Shown here in pieces: positions 13,593 to 25,322 of a DNA stretch of 64,000 nucleotides. Position 1 is the first letter of the stretch. Each line of letters starts with the position of its first letter. The DNA is from Phoronis australis (taxonomy: Eukaryota; Animalia; Phoronida), in NCBI GenBank assembly GCA_002633005.1, contig NMRA01000036.1, positions 912,440-976,439 of the forward strand, given 5' to 3'. The notes below the pieces were generated by a model. That model made no database searches. It worked only from the letters and a program-made list of their open reading frames with translations, and was not told where the DNA came from. Made by a program: the position numbers and the translations under genes.

Positions 13593-13651
13593 GCAATGAC
13601 CATCGCCTCTGCCTCTGGTCGGGCCAACACAACAGAGGCGATGGTCATTGC
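13593..13651. repeat. Perfect 19-bp inverted repeat (hairpin or mini-MITE)
   Basis: GCAATGACCATCGCCTCTG (13593-13611) pairs with CAGAGGCGATGGTCATTGC (13633-13651). TAACTGGTA occurs on both sides. Confidence 0.85.
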
Positions 13652-13787
13652 TTGTCCTAACTGGTACTGATTGATAGTTATTGAGTAGTTATTTCTGTGG
13701 CTGAATTTGAGAATCTGCTTCTTCAGTCATCCGCTTGACGTTACTTTTACACTATAATTATAGAACGTATACAAGAACGATTATTAA

Positions 13788-15435
13788 AGGAGAATGCCAC
13801 CCGATTTAATTAGTCTTTTTTGCCGGTCTATATCCACATTGCCTCGCACACGGTCGATCTTACCTTGCCAAGAGATGTTGCGTTAACCTGTGAGGAAGGT
13901 GAGAAACGACGCTATCGACGTCAGTGGTTCATATGCAGAGTGAATGCCGCTATGTTGCGGTGCATTGTTCCCGATTGTCCGAACTAAGCAGGTGCGAGGA
14001 AAGCGGGTATATCGTGTTTTTTTTACTTCCTCGAGAGTCCGAAATGCTTAGGAAGTGGCTCATGGTAGTGAAGAATGAAATGTACGCTGTAAATAGCAAG
14101 TATGAGGCCGTGAAACATCTCCGTGTCTGTGGCCTGCAGACGTCGACAGTGCCTGACAAATGCCGGCTTACCAAATAACTCCGCCTCTCTAGTATTTCTT
14201 CATCACTGTATTTCTGTTCAAATTGATAGCCTGTAAAACTTAACGATCCTCCTGTGAAGTCGGGACTGATGAGCTTTAGCTCGTTCTAAGTCGGGATTGC
14301 GAGTTGCCATAGTGGCGTTTATTACTGAGCGTTCTGTTTCAAAATGAATTATTCTCACCCTAACCAATACTTATATAAAACTGAAACAAAGTCTGTCTCA
14401 TTAGATGCAGTTTGTAATGCTTTTGGAATGTTCGTGAGTGCAAATGATTTGAGAAGTCAGCAATGAATAAATCACTGCGTTACTGGCTTTAGGTGCAATA
14501 AAACTAATTGACGGGACACCGAGGCCGTGTGAGCTCATGCTAATTTAGTATTTGCTGGCAGAAACTGTTGTGAAACAACTCGATTTCCATACCACGACCG
14601 GGTGTTAGGGGAATCTTTATTTACATTTACATTACTCAAATATGATTGTCAATGTACAACTGCCCTGGCCGCGGCGGTGCTGTGGTCAAAGCGGAACCTG
14701 AATTTGCGGCCCCCGACGAGTAAGTAGATTTGCAGTTTCGTGGCTAATTCACCAACATAATCGCGTGCACATTACTTTGGCTCACTAGTATAGTATTTTC
14801 TTGACTTGAAGTTTAGTTTCCACTGAACTTTGGCTGGTTCATGTTCGTGATGTCTGATCAGTTTCTGAGCCACTGGCCGGGATAATGAGTCAATCCGGCT
14901 GGCCGCGACGGGCCTGATCGCAGGGCTCCGAGATGCCACTGGCCAGGATAGCAAGCGTTTTGTGTTTAGAACTCAAAAAATCACAAGTCTAAACAACACA
15001 TATCTAGGTTCTCCTGTCTGTATCTCACAGAAAATACTTCGAAATTATCTCTGAACAGACCCCAAACTCCTGCTACGGACCTTATTGGCCTGCCGAACTT
15101 TGTAGGCTACAGTGTGTCCAAATACCAATAAATCTGTAAGAGCGAAATAAAACAACACGTTTTTATAAGAACTCTGTGTATTTTTAAGGGTTTTACATCG
15201 AAGTTTGATGATTTATTGGTGTTAAACGATGACTTCAAGCGATAAGCTGACACCAGTAACCTGTGTTGTGAACTGCTGAACAGACTGCGTGTGAAACCGA
15301 TGACGTCATTGGATAATTTCAACACCTTCGTCTGCCGTCAGGTGTCAGGTAACACAACCGTACGTGTCGTTATGGAGTAGAACTACTCTATCTAAATTGA
15401 TACAAATTAGGTTGTTTTTTGGGTGGCATGCTCCT
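13788..15435 (+). mobile_element. Kolobok-type non-autonomous DNA transposon carrying a THAP-domain remnant
   Basis: TTAA|AGGAGAATGCCACCC ... GGGTGGCATGCTCCT|TTAA (TIR plus TTAA TSD). ORF 13924-14178 reads YVAVHCS..VFFLLPRESEMLRKWLMVVK..HLRVCGL, matching the THAP pattern. Confidence 0.8.
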
Positions 15436-15459
15436 TTAACAGGGATACTTAGCCAGTCA

Positions 15460-15960
15460 CCCAGTTGCCAATGCTACTAAAAACTTGGGCAGTGACCACC
15501 GTCTCTAGCTGCCTTAGTAGACTAAAGACTGTGAAGCTCAGACGCCAGAAGCTTTTCGACGAATTATGCCTCACACTGATTAAAAAATCAAAGTCATGTC
15601 ACAAGTACCTTTTGCGCATAGAGGGATACCTTAGCCTAAGGTCTCCTAAGGCTTAGGAGACAGTCAATGTCTTAGTTTCCTACTCAAACAAATACTCTCG
15701 TTATCAAACTTTTTCTTCGAGTAGTCCTTTGTTCAGTTTCCAAAATCGGAAACTAACCATTTTAAACACTGCGCGTGGCAGGTGGTATGACGTTATATCC
15801 CATTGACAGCCTCCTAAGGTGTTCCTCTATATGCAAAAGGTATTTATAACAACGTGGCTTTGATGTTTTAGTCGGTGAAAAGCTTCCGGCACATGAAGCT
15901 CCCTCAGAAGCTACAGAGTTTCTACTGGCAGTGGTCATGGCAAGAAGTTTTTGTGAAAAC
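15460..15960. repeat. Two oppositely oriented copies of an interspersed repeat; a third copy lies at ~23100-23410
   Basis: Shared core TACCTTTTGC..TAGAGG.A.ACCTTAG and TCAAACAAATACTC..TCAAACTTTTT seen at ~15600 (+), ~15830 (-) and ~23260 (+). Confidence 0.6.
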
Positions 15961-16999
15961 AATACTTAAGGGCTTACCGAAATACCCGAAATATCATTGA
16001 TGGTTTATTTTGTCACAAACGAAGTGAAGAATTTGAATAGGCATATGATTTCGAACCGTCGTAGACCGCCTTACCGCGAGTAACTTACCCAAAGTTTCCG
16101 ATGTGAAAATTGAATCAGTGCTCTCTTTCCGACACATGTATTCGAGTAGCTAAGAAAGCAATTTGAAATAGGAGAAATAAGACACGTTTTGAAAAATACC
16201 CGCAACTTTTTTAGGACTGATTTTCTTCAAAGTCATCACAGATAGATAACTTTAAATGCAACAAATTACCTCCATTTTTTTACAGTCCAATTTTTGGAAC
16301 TCATATCGATTCACGGGAAAAATTCGTTGAAAATTTTAAACAAAAAATCTTGTAACTTATGTTCTTTACGTATTCAGTCTTTAGTTTTCCATGAAATGAA
16401 AACCCTCGAAATACTTCAGCTCCCTGTAGATTTCCATTATCAAGTGATTCGAGTTTGCTTTCTTTGCACTTAATACATCCCACATATGGGAAATGTTAGG
16501 TTAGTCATAACACATAACTGGTGTTCATGGGTGGCACAGCACTGAAAAAAGTGTTGGGGCTATAGCCCCTGCCCCCCTGTAGTACACCGCCCATAGACCA
16601 TGGGCGCGGGAGCACTGAAAAAAGTGGGGGCTATAGCCCCCCAACCCCCTATGGTGTGCCGCCCATGGTGTTAGGGTAAAGTTACTGGTTTCGTACCACT
16701 TAAGGATGCGCCTCTCTGTACGCCAAGCTAAACTAGCCACGCAATCAGGAGCTATTTCATAGCGATTAGTGGCTTCACACGTACAACCACACATGTGATT
16801 TAGAAGAATGATGATCATACCTCAGCTGCAAAACGCGGTTGTAGAAAAGTCAATAAAAGTACCATTCACGTGACCAGTTTTCTAATTCGTACCTTTCAGA
16901 CATCAGAATCGTACCAGTGGTACTATACTAATAACTATGAATATTTTACGAATCAAAGATGAAAAAGGAAGCAGTGCAAACAGACAAACCTTTTATTGG

Positions 17000-17460
17000 C
17001 AACATAGAAACATGTGAGAACAAACAACGTTTCGATATTACTCGAACACGAACCGCTGTCTTCTTAAATCTGTGTTAACAGACCACAACAAACATGACAA
17101 ACCAGCACAAAGATAACAAAATGGATCAATCAGCTATACTTATGTAACAAACTTAAAGTGCCTTGTTTATGTATTTTAATCAGCGTCTCCGTCGGTGCAT
17201 TCGGTGTGGGCTCATTGTTTACAACGAACAGATTCGACCCACTCCTCCTAGTCAGTTTTGCTCGTTTTGTCCAAAACGTATCGTCAGCTTCGCCATCTGA
17301 CTAACTGACATTTTGGTGGCATTTTCTCTGCCTGGCTTTCGGCTGTTTCTGAACTTTCTTCGTCTTTTTACCAAGTTTCTTTCGTCTCGCACTAGCTCTT
17401 CTTTCCATTCGTTTTTATACGGGCTGCTGGTTAATATTCGTGACGCATTGTATTTAATGC
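17000..17460 (-). pseudogene. Possible pogo-like transposase C-terminal remnant
   Basis: Minus strand gives ASRILTSSPYKNE followed by a Lys/Arg-rich stretch (ARRKKLGKKTKKVQKQPKAR), resembling the ILTSxPYK tail of invertebrate pogo-like transposases. Fragmentary. Confidence 0.35.
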
Positions 17461-17542
17461 ATTTGGTAGTGGAGAAACGTCAGACACTCATTTATTTTGT
17501 CGAGGAGCAATGGCGTTCTTTAAATTAAAAGCTTTGTATTAG

Positions 17543-17963
17543 GATTTTCGGTGGATAAGCCCACCCGACGAAACGCCCATGGCCATTTATTTGGAAAGTT
17601 ATGCCGAATAAACGCCTATGGTGTTACAACTTTTGGTGTCAAGTGTTTAGATAATGAGGGTGCTTATTCAAAGACTTCATTCTCAAAAGCTCACTCAGCA
17701 GCAACTTTTTGTCTCAAATTTAGTTTTGTGGAACATTTATTATTTACAAAAACGAACAAAAGGTTGTCGAACTATGCACTTATTACATCAAATTTAAAAA
17801 CACAATTTTAAGTAAAAATGTCGAAGTCAGCAAAGCTACGACTTTCTGTTTACAAGTCCCCCTTTTCCAAATAAATGCCCAGACGTTTATTTGGTGTTAC
17901 TAAAACACCTGAAAATTTTCATTTTCCGAATACACGCATGTGGGCTTATCTACGGATAATCCC
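17543..17963. mobile_element. MITE (~420 bp)
   Basis: GGATTTTCGGTGGATAAGCCCAC and GTGGGCTTATCTACGGATAATCC inverted termini, plus inner inverted ATTTATTTGGAAA / TTTCCAAATAAAT. Confidence 0.65.
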
Positions 17964-19699
17964 GGTAGTGGGCAGCATCACCGTTTATGGTAAACTGAGG
18001 TCTGGATGTCATAAAGCTGTAGTACCAGGTTTTATTTTTATTGGTAGACTGTTTGGTTTTGCTAAATTTATAGATGTCATGGGATTTTGCCAATTGATAT
18101 GCAACTTCAATAAGAGCTTTTGGTGTGATACCAAAGAAAAGATTGTCAAGCCCTTCTATGTATCATCAAAATATCTTTTACTTCTAAAGCTAAAACTCTG
18201 GGACCTCCGTGCAACTTGGTGTCATGTTTTGCATAATTATTCAGACTCATGTGGTTACGGCGATAGTTGGCTTTGGGATACCAAATAGGTCAGAAATAGC
18301 GTTAAATCCCAACCCTATTCTATGCTATAGATGAAGGGTTGGGATAACGCTGGTTCTATAGACCATAGCTTTGAGACAGTTGTGCATATCTTCCGATGTC
18401 TACTACGACGGATGACATTTTCCTGAAAGCAAAAAAAAATAAATGAGTATTGAAAGCAAGAAAAAAACACATTAGCCTATACAGAACCTACGTTTTGTGT
18501 ATCGTACCTCTTGGTTACATGTACCGTACCCTGCGTACTATACCCGTGACCTGTTGTGGTACGACACTCGTGACACTTGACCTAGTTTCAAACACGAGGG
18601 CTGAAAATATTTGGCATGGGATTTGGCTACCAGAAATTACACCATACAAAGAGATGAGAATGAGCTACAAGATGACACATCGGTTTACTCATTTGCTGTA
18701 ATTTTTGTCGTCTGATCACATTATTTGGGAGTTCTAAAATTTTCATCAACATGTCAAAAAAGTGAAAAATGCTCACCGTTTTTCTCCGGGTCGTCTGCTT
18801 GACATTTCGCCTTGTTTTCTGTTATCGGCGTCTGAGGTCACTAAAAGTAATCACTCTCGGGAGGCAAGCAAACGTAGTTTGGTGGGAAATGACATGGTAC
18901 GACAATGACAACTGGTATAGAACAGGTAACTCTCCCCTACTTCTCCTTCGGAGGTATAAAAACATGCCAGAATGTGGCGTCAAAACATTGAGCGTTGTAT
19001 AGACCGGGAAACGAGTCTGAAATAAATAATCGTATAGATACTGCTATTCGGAACTCGAGAGTAGGTATACCCCTGATTAACAAATGAATATAGATAGGGG
19101 ATCAGTTTATCGAACTGGACCAGTTTATTGAACTAGACCAGTTTATCGAATGCTATCAAAAGTCTGATAATTGCAGTAAATTCAACAACATGCACAGAAG
19201 TTGTGTTACCGTTTTCTGTGTCATTGAATGTATGTCATTCTAGCCTCATTTGAAGGTGATCATAAACACTCTGAATAGGTGGCACTGATTTGTGATGCAA
19301 GGGATACTTTTCATCATTTGAAAGCATAACTTCGTATAAACTGTATGTTTTGTGAGAAATACAGTATTTCCTAATGAAATTTATAACAATAAGTGACCAA
19401 GAAATTTTATTACTGAATTATTTTACATGAAATGGTGTAAAATTGACCTGTCTCAGGCAAGCACCCGTCAACATTTCCTTCCTGAAGAAATGAAATTACT
19501 TTGAACATTCTAAGTACGAAGTTCAACGATCTTTCGTTGTATGCACAGTTGGCATAGAGTCCGCTGGTGAAAGCAAGTTGGCTGCTTTTAGCTTTTTGAC
19601 AAACTGTCTTGAATCCACTTCCCTTATAAAGTTTGGTATAGGACTCTAGGAATATTCCAAGTTTGTTCAACGTTGGGACATCTCATGAATAGTGACTTA

Positions 19700-20320
19700 A
19701 ATGACCAAAAGATCGACAATGTTAAGACAGAAGGTGAAATTTCAGAAAAGACTGTTTCATGAACACAAGGCAGAATTTGGTCTTCGGTCTTAACTTAGAC
19801 ATAAATTAAGTCGGTTTTTGACATAGGTGAGCACACAAACTACACTTTCTCCACCTTCTATGAATATACAAAACTAAGCGAGGTGGTGTGTGAAATACGG
19901 TTTTAAGAATATTCTTGGTCTTGAAATGCTAAATTCGGTTTTGTCTACATTTTGGATACAATAGGTTCACTTGAGATGATCCTTGCATGGTTATAAAATA
20001 TTATTTGACATTTGCCAGTAAGTCGTTCTTCATTGTCTCCATGGCTTTTGCCGGTTCTCAAATTGAAAGCAGACAATCTTCAGTTTGACATTATTGTGAA
20101 AAATATCAATCATATGAAATTTGTTCCTCATAGTCATAAATTTTGATCATTTAGACCAAAAATCCAATCTTAAGTCTACTTTGTTGCAGGCTAACTTTTG
20201 GTCTTAGCTTAAAACATTTTGGTCTTCAGAACTATTAAGAAACGGGGCTAAGACATTTTGGTCTTAAGGTAACCTTATTTTGGTCTAAGTTAAGACAGAA
20301 AGTTTCATGAAACGTGCCCG
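19700..20320. mobile_element. Non-autonomous DNA transposon fragment (Harbinger-like) with repeated TTTTGGTCTT motifs
   Basis: Many (T)TTGGTCTT / AAGACCAAA subterminal motifs and a terminus GTTTCATGAAACGTGCCC. Confidence 0.4.
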
Positions 20321-20549
20321 AACATGTGAAAATTTTAAACGTGAAGGCTTTTCAAGCGATATCATGACCCGTCTTAATAACACTGTCTGTTGGAGTCGGC
20401 TAAACCTGGTCATGATATTTTGAATGCTTTCAGATTACAAGGATGACAGATTACTCGGCATCATTTTTAGCCGTGAATGTCCTGCCTATCCTAAGTCCAA
20501 ACCCAACATTAAAAACTGTGAAGAGACTTCCGAAGAGATTGGTAAACTA

Positions 20550-21960
20550 CAACAAAGCAGAGTAATGATCTTGGAGACTCCTATGATGTGAGTATGCTAA
20601 AATGATGTCTCCTTTCTTACATACGGCAGTAGTGTAACTGTTTGAATGCCGAACACTATGATTTGGAGGACTTCAGGCTATCCACCGATATGGACAAAGC
20701 TTTATTCAACATGGTCTTTCTGGTGCATTTGACGTTGTGTATCTCAGTGGTTAATTGGTTCATTTCCAGATCAGACTTTTGTAGTCCATATTATATACTA
20801 TACAAGTCTGTATGGGCTTCTTTAAGAACATTGTGGTCTACACGCCCAAGTTCCTGCCAATACTGTAAGACTAATACTCTGTCCCCCAGTGGATGACGAC
20901 TTGGATTTTCCGAGATGTCAACAGCAAGCCTGAATGCAGGGACAGATGTAGTTGTATGATTCAGCAAATTCTGTCAGAACACTGTCTATCATGCTCAAAC
21001 ATTTCATCATTGTATTGCTGAATCATGGCTTTCTTTAGACGAATTGCGCTACCTTCTTATGTAAGACGTCCTAATGAAGAAGAGCACTACTCCTCCCAGC
21101 ATTGGATAGACTTCTGAAAAATGATATAGAAAAGTAAGAATAAAATCTAAAATGATCTGCTGTTCGCATTGGGGGAGCTGTGAAATGTCCTTAAGTTTTC
21201 ATTCATCTCTTACAAGCACAGTGCTTTTATGTATTCTCTCGTAGTTGCATGTTGTGTAGCACCTGTCTCAATAATTCTCTCTGTTCACCAATTGTATATA
21301 ATTTATGTTACTCCAAAAGTATGATTGACAATTAGAAGATAGTGTCCTCAGTTGATGAGCCTTTTTAGCATCGCAATATCATATTGCCCATTTAACATTT
21401 TTGATTCAGGAAGTCTCCCACAAGTTGAAATAATGAAGAACTCTGACAAAATTACAGGCATTTTGAACTATGTGACTATTTTCTCAAACCAGATAGTGAT
21501 TTTCTCTTGATATTGATATGAGCTGATTCTATCAGCCGTCAATCCAATCCTCATTTTTCACAAAATTTCTTCACAAAAGAAAGGTGTAATCTTCAGAAAT
21601 CCGAACTATTCAGTGACAGTGTGCGCCTTGTCAAATGCAAGTACGCACACCTTATTTTCCAATTTTTTGGGAAAAAAATATACTTCTGCTTTCTTGGCAT
21701 TAACTTTTAGCCGCTTTGGCGAAGTCTTACCGCCTCAATGTCCCTGTACTGATATTTCTTTATCATGTCTGACATTAGGGCCAGCAAGGGAACAATTACT
21801 GTAAAAACGTCCTTATTATTCGGTTGTAAAATAAAAAAGGTATGAGGCATTAAAATGAAAATATCGCTTTTACCTAGTCCTGTTGATAGAATAACAAATG
21901 TGTTTTGTCCATTAATGACACTATCTATAGCTTCAATTTGTTTTTGTTTCAAAGTATAAG
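20550..21960 (-). pseudogene. Decayed intronless RecQ-like SF2 helicase, probably transposon-borne (AcademH-like)
   Basis: Minus strand, in order: KQKQIEAIDSVINGQNTFVILSTGLGKS (Q motif, motif I), VIVPLLALMSD (Ia), VCVLAFDKAHTVTE*FG (decayed DEAH, ~21620), AFRLAVD..VVIHWG (V, ~20900), QYWQELGR (VI, ~20850). Many stops and frameshifts. Confidence 0.8.
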
Positions 21961-22149
21961 GAAAAAAAGCATCTGTTGAAAGTTTGGAAAATGCGTGTGA
22001 AACTTTGTATTTGTTTGTTTGTTCGTCATGATTGTAAGTTATGTTCCAAATAGTCGAGTAAATCTGAGGAGTTGATCACAAATATTTATGTACCAGTCCA
22101 TTCTAAAGAAAATGTACTTGAGTGCATCTTAAATCTCTTGGTATGTATT

Positions 22150-22690
22150 AGACTAACCAGAGCAGTTTCAAATGGTGATACCAATCTGGTCTAATGTTAG
22201 ATTTTCCCGGCTTGTGATAATTTCTCTGCTCCACACAAATTGAATAAACTGTGTTGCTAAAATACCTTTCATTTTAGTCAATACTGACTGGCCATGTATG
22301 GTAGCTTTTACGTTGCCGTGGTCCTCAGTATTATTGTTCATTGTAACTTCCCACATGTAAATTGTGTATACGAATGAACAATTTCTTTGTTAAATGACTG
22401 AACTTAACACATTCTCAATGCTAACTGTAGTGAGCTTTGTTGCATTTAGGAATGTTCATCAAATAAAAATTTCCTTGAAAGTTTTGGAGAACAATGGTGT
22501 CACTGTCTGCAATCTGGAGTACTTCAGTTCACATTTTTGCCAATGAATGCAACTGTTGTGTTTTCACTAGAAAGTCGGGCTGTCGTTTTTGCCAATAGCT
22601 AATTTTTTTCTTCACCACCAGATTTGCATTTATTGGAAATTTGATATCAAAACTCTTTCATTTTCTGCCATCAATTCAGTGATGCCATGA
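22150..22690 (-). pseudogene. Possible decayed OB-fold (RPA-like) ssDNA-binding protein ORF upstream of the helicase
   Basis: Fragments SFDIKF, KKISYWQKRQPDF, TIVLQNFQGNFYL, VSIENVL and SVLTKMKGILATQFIQFVWSREII..ENLTL resemble invertebrate tandem OB-fold proteins. Pattern recall only. Confidence 0.3.
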
Positions 22691-22945
22691 TAAACAAAGA
22701 CGTTTTACTCTACGCAAGTATGGCCTTAGTTTGAAGTAAGCGGTTGAACTGGCCACACAAGTGCTAGCAAAAACACCAGCAATGACTGGTACAAGTGGCT
22801 TGGGTGATCATTGATCCTATGTGATGATTCACCACTTCATAGTGAATGTCTGATTAAAAAAAAGTTGAATGTGAAATTTGCTGATGGATTTTGTGAGATA
22901 CAGTTAATGGACAATGTTGTTTCAAATTCTTTCAGATACTTCACC

Positions 22946-22981
22946 ATGGTCGCAATGTTTGTTGATCGCTGCAAGAACTAA
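22946..22981 (+). promoter_or_regulatory. Upstream ORF (MVAMFVDRCKN*) in the CCDC57 start exon
   Basis: Acceptor TTCTTTCAG ends at 22935. CACC-ATG-G at 22946, TAA at 22979-22981, main ATG at 22988 in the same frame. Confidence 0.6.
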
Positions 22982-22987
22982 TTAGTG

Positions 22988-23076
22988 ATGGCTGTCAGCA
23001 CTTTCCCCGGTAGTGATGACCTCAGAGCATTAGCTGATCAGAAGGAGAAAGAATGGAGAGATGCGCAGAAACTGAG
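22988..23076 (+). CDS. CCDC57: CCDC57 coding exon 1 (MAVSTFPGSDDLRALADQKEKEWRDAQKLR)
   Basis: Resembles the vertebrate CCDC57 N-terminus (L..L..RKEEEWR). GT donor at 23077, phase 2. Confidence 0.85.
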
Positions 23077-24314
23077 GTATCTTAACGGATGGTTATCTCA
23101 CACATACAAAAATTATTGGCACCATCCAGCCTAGACTGCCACCATCTCGACTGGCCGCAGTGGAGACAAGGAAGCTCATATAGGCACTTCATATGCCAGA
23201 AACTTAGGCGAATTATGCTTTGTAATGATTAAAACATTTGTCACGTTGTTGTTAGTACCTTTTGCTGGTAGAGGGACACCTTAGGAGGCTATCGATGTCT
23301 TTAATTCCTTCCAACTCAAACAAATACTCCAGTTAAATCAAACTTTTTTCTTGAGCAGTCCTTCATTCAATTGCCCAAATTGGCAACTGCCTAGTTTTAC
23401 AAATAGCGCACTCCTATTATTACACTGCACACACCAAACACTTATACTAAGTTCGCCAGTTTTCCTCTCCAGGTGTCTCGCTTATTTAATTTTTGCCCCT
23501 TGCCAACTATGCTTCATTTGTAGGGGCCAGGACTTTTGCAACTGCCCCCCACCCTGTAAAAGGTTTCCTTGTTTTGGCAACCTCAGTTCCTGTTTGGTGA
23601 CCTGGCAATGTTGCCAGGTCGCATATGGTTAGTTGATGTTATGCTAAGCATTTAGCTGTGACATATGTGAGCACACACTGCTGTCATCTCTGTAAAGGTG
23701 TCTATCTGTAACTGTTGTATGTCCTAAAACTTTTGAAGGATCTTCGTGACACAGAAAAAGCAGTTTGATAATCATTATCAATTGCAAAATTAAGTTATTT
23801 CCCCTCATATATCTTTGTGCAATTTGTGGTCATCTTTGGGATCCTCTGCTTCATTTCAGCGCATTTTTGCTCTTCTTTACCATTCTTGAAATACTAATGT
23901 TAGGGCGGTCTGGAATGACTTGATATTCTTCACCATGTGAACGCAATGACATCACAATTGCTGGTATTTTTAAATTATGACTGGTTTAGAAATTTAATTA
24001 ACATCTTTATATGAACATAATCTATGCAGGATATATAACCCTGAAAGAGGAGTGGTAGCGGTGTTGCCACCAACATGGCTCTGCGCTCCATAGTATTATT
24101 TTTATTGTATAGTTTTGTAACTTGGAGTGCATTGGAAATACAGCAGCTCCTTGGTTTCTGTTTAATGTTGCCCGCCATTTTTACTTGTACTGTATTTAGT
24201 TCTTTTATTATTTTTATTGAATTGTTTTGTTCTCTGCTGTGTATGTTTTTCATGATGGCTGAATAAATTGAATCAATAGACAATCAACCCTTTCTGTACA
24301 ATAAACTATTACAG

Positions 24315-24469
24315 GGTGGAACACTTGGAAGTGGCACTGAAACAGAAAGACAAAGAGCTTCAGGAAGAGCGGTCAAGATTGGAGCAGCTGAAGGCTGACT
24401 TCAAGTACAATTTGAAACTCGTGCATGAGCGAGATGCTGAGCTGGAGAAGTATGACAGTGTGTTCGGTG
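24315..24469 (+). CDS. CCDC57: CCDC57 coding exon 2
   Basis: VEHLEVALKQKDKELQEERSRLEQLKADFKYNLKLVHERDAELEKYDSVFG matches the CCDC57 hallmark DFxYNLxxxxERDxELExYD. AG/GTAAG sites, phase 2 to 1. Confidence 0.95.
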
Positions 24470-25189
24470 GTAAGACTATCTGCATGTGAAATTATGAACT
24501 TGTCAGTTAACTGGAAATGCATATTTTGCAGGATACTCGATTACATTGCCTCAGGTGTGTACTAATTCAAAATCTCCTTAATTAAGGTCAAACTGGCTTG
24601 TCATTAGAAACTCTAAATTTAATTTTTTATTTGAATCGGGATTATTATTTTCATAAAACAGGCATTGATTTTGTGAGTTCAAAATCCTCTGTCATCGAAG
24701 ATTAGTCTTTGGAACTATCTATTCATGAAACCGGTAGCATAGCATCGGCAAGAAATAAATACTGGCACTTTTTTCCGAAAGTTTCTAATACCTTAAAAAA
24801 CATTTGCGTTATTTTTAGGAGGAATTATTAAACTAGTCGTAATTGGTGTTTTTAAAGTCAAAATGACCCACTGATAGTGAACTCTTCTGCAACCTTACAC
24901 CCTCCCCCCCCGAGTCTCCCAAAAATAACTGTTAGACTGTCACGCATCCAATCACGCGGTGACTTAATGACATTGGCCTTACCGATTTTCTGAAAAATAC
25001 TCGTAATTTAACAACAAAGTTTGATAGCAATGCAGATGCGTCACAGAGTGTAAATTTGATGAATTCTAGCTCATGATTTCATCTGTTTCGGAGACCAGGT
25101 TTCAACCACTTTTGGGCTATAATAAGTGTCCCCCTTCCTGAAGTGAATTTTTTTAAGCACCCTGGGCGCTTACTAAGACGTATACGGTA

Positions 25190-25322
25190 CCAATTTTTGG
25201 ATGGATTCGACATATTTTGCACCATGTAGTGTCCATTTTTATGTTCCAAATAAACACCCTTAGAAGCACATCGTTTGCGGTGCATTTGTGGGTGCATTTC
25301 AACACTCCGCGTTGCTCTTGCT
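25190..25322 (+). mobile_element. 3' end of a Helentron/HINE-type element
   Basis: GTGGGTGCATTTCAACACTCCGCGTTGCTCTTG is the same 3' subTIR plus hairpin seen in the full copies at 29710 and 43641. Confidence 0.7.

Noticed and set aside
20550-21960. Functional host RecQ/WRN/BLM gene
   Set aside because: Intronless, full of stops and frameshifts, with the DEAH motif mutated to DKAH.
23077-24314. Possible U12-type intron (donor GTATCTTA, weak pyrimidine tract)
   Set aside because: The donor deviates from GTATCCTT and there is no TCCTTRAC branch point near the acceptor.
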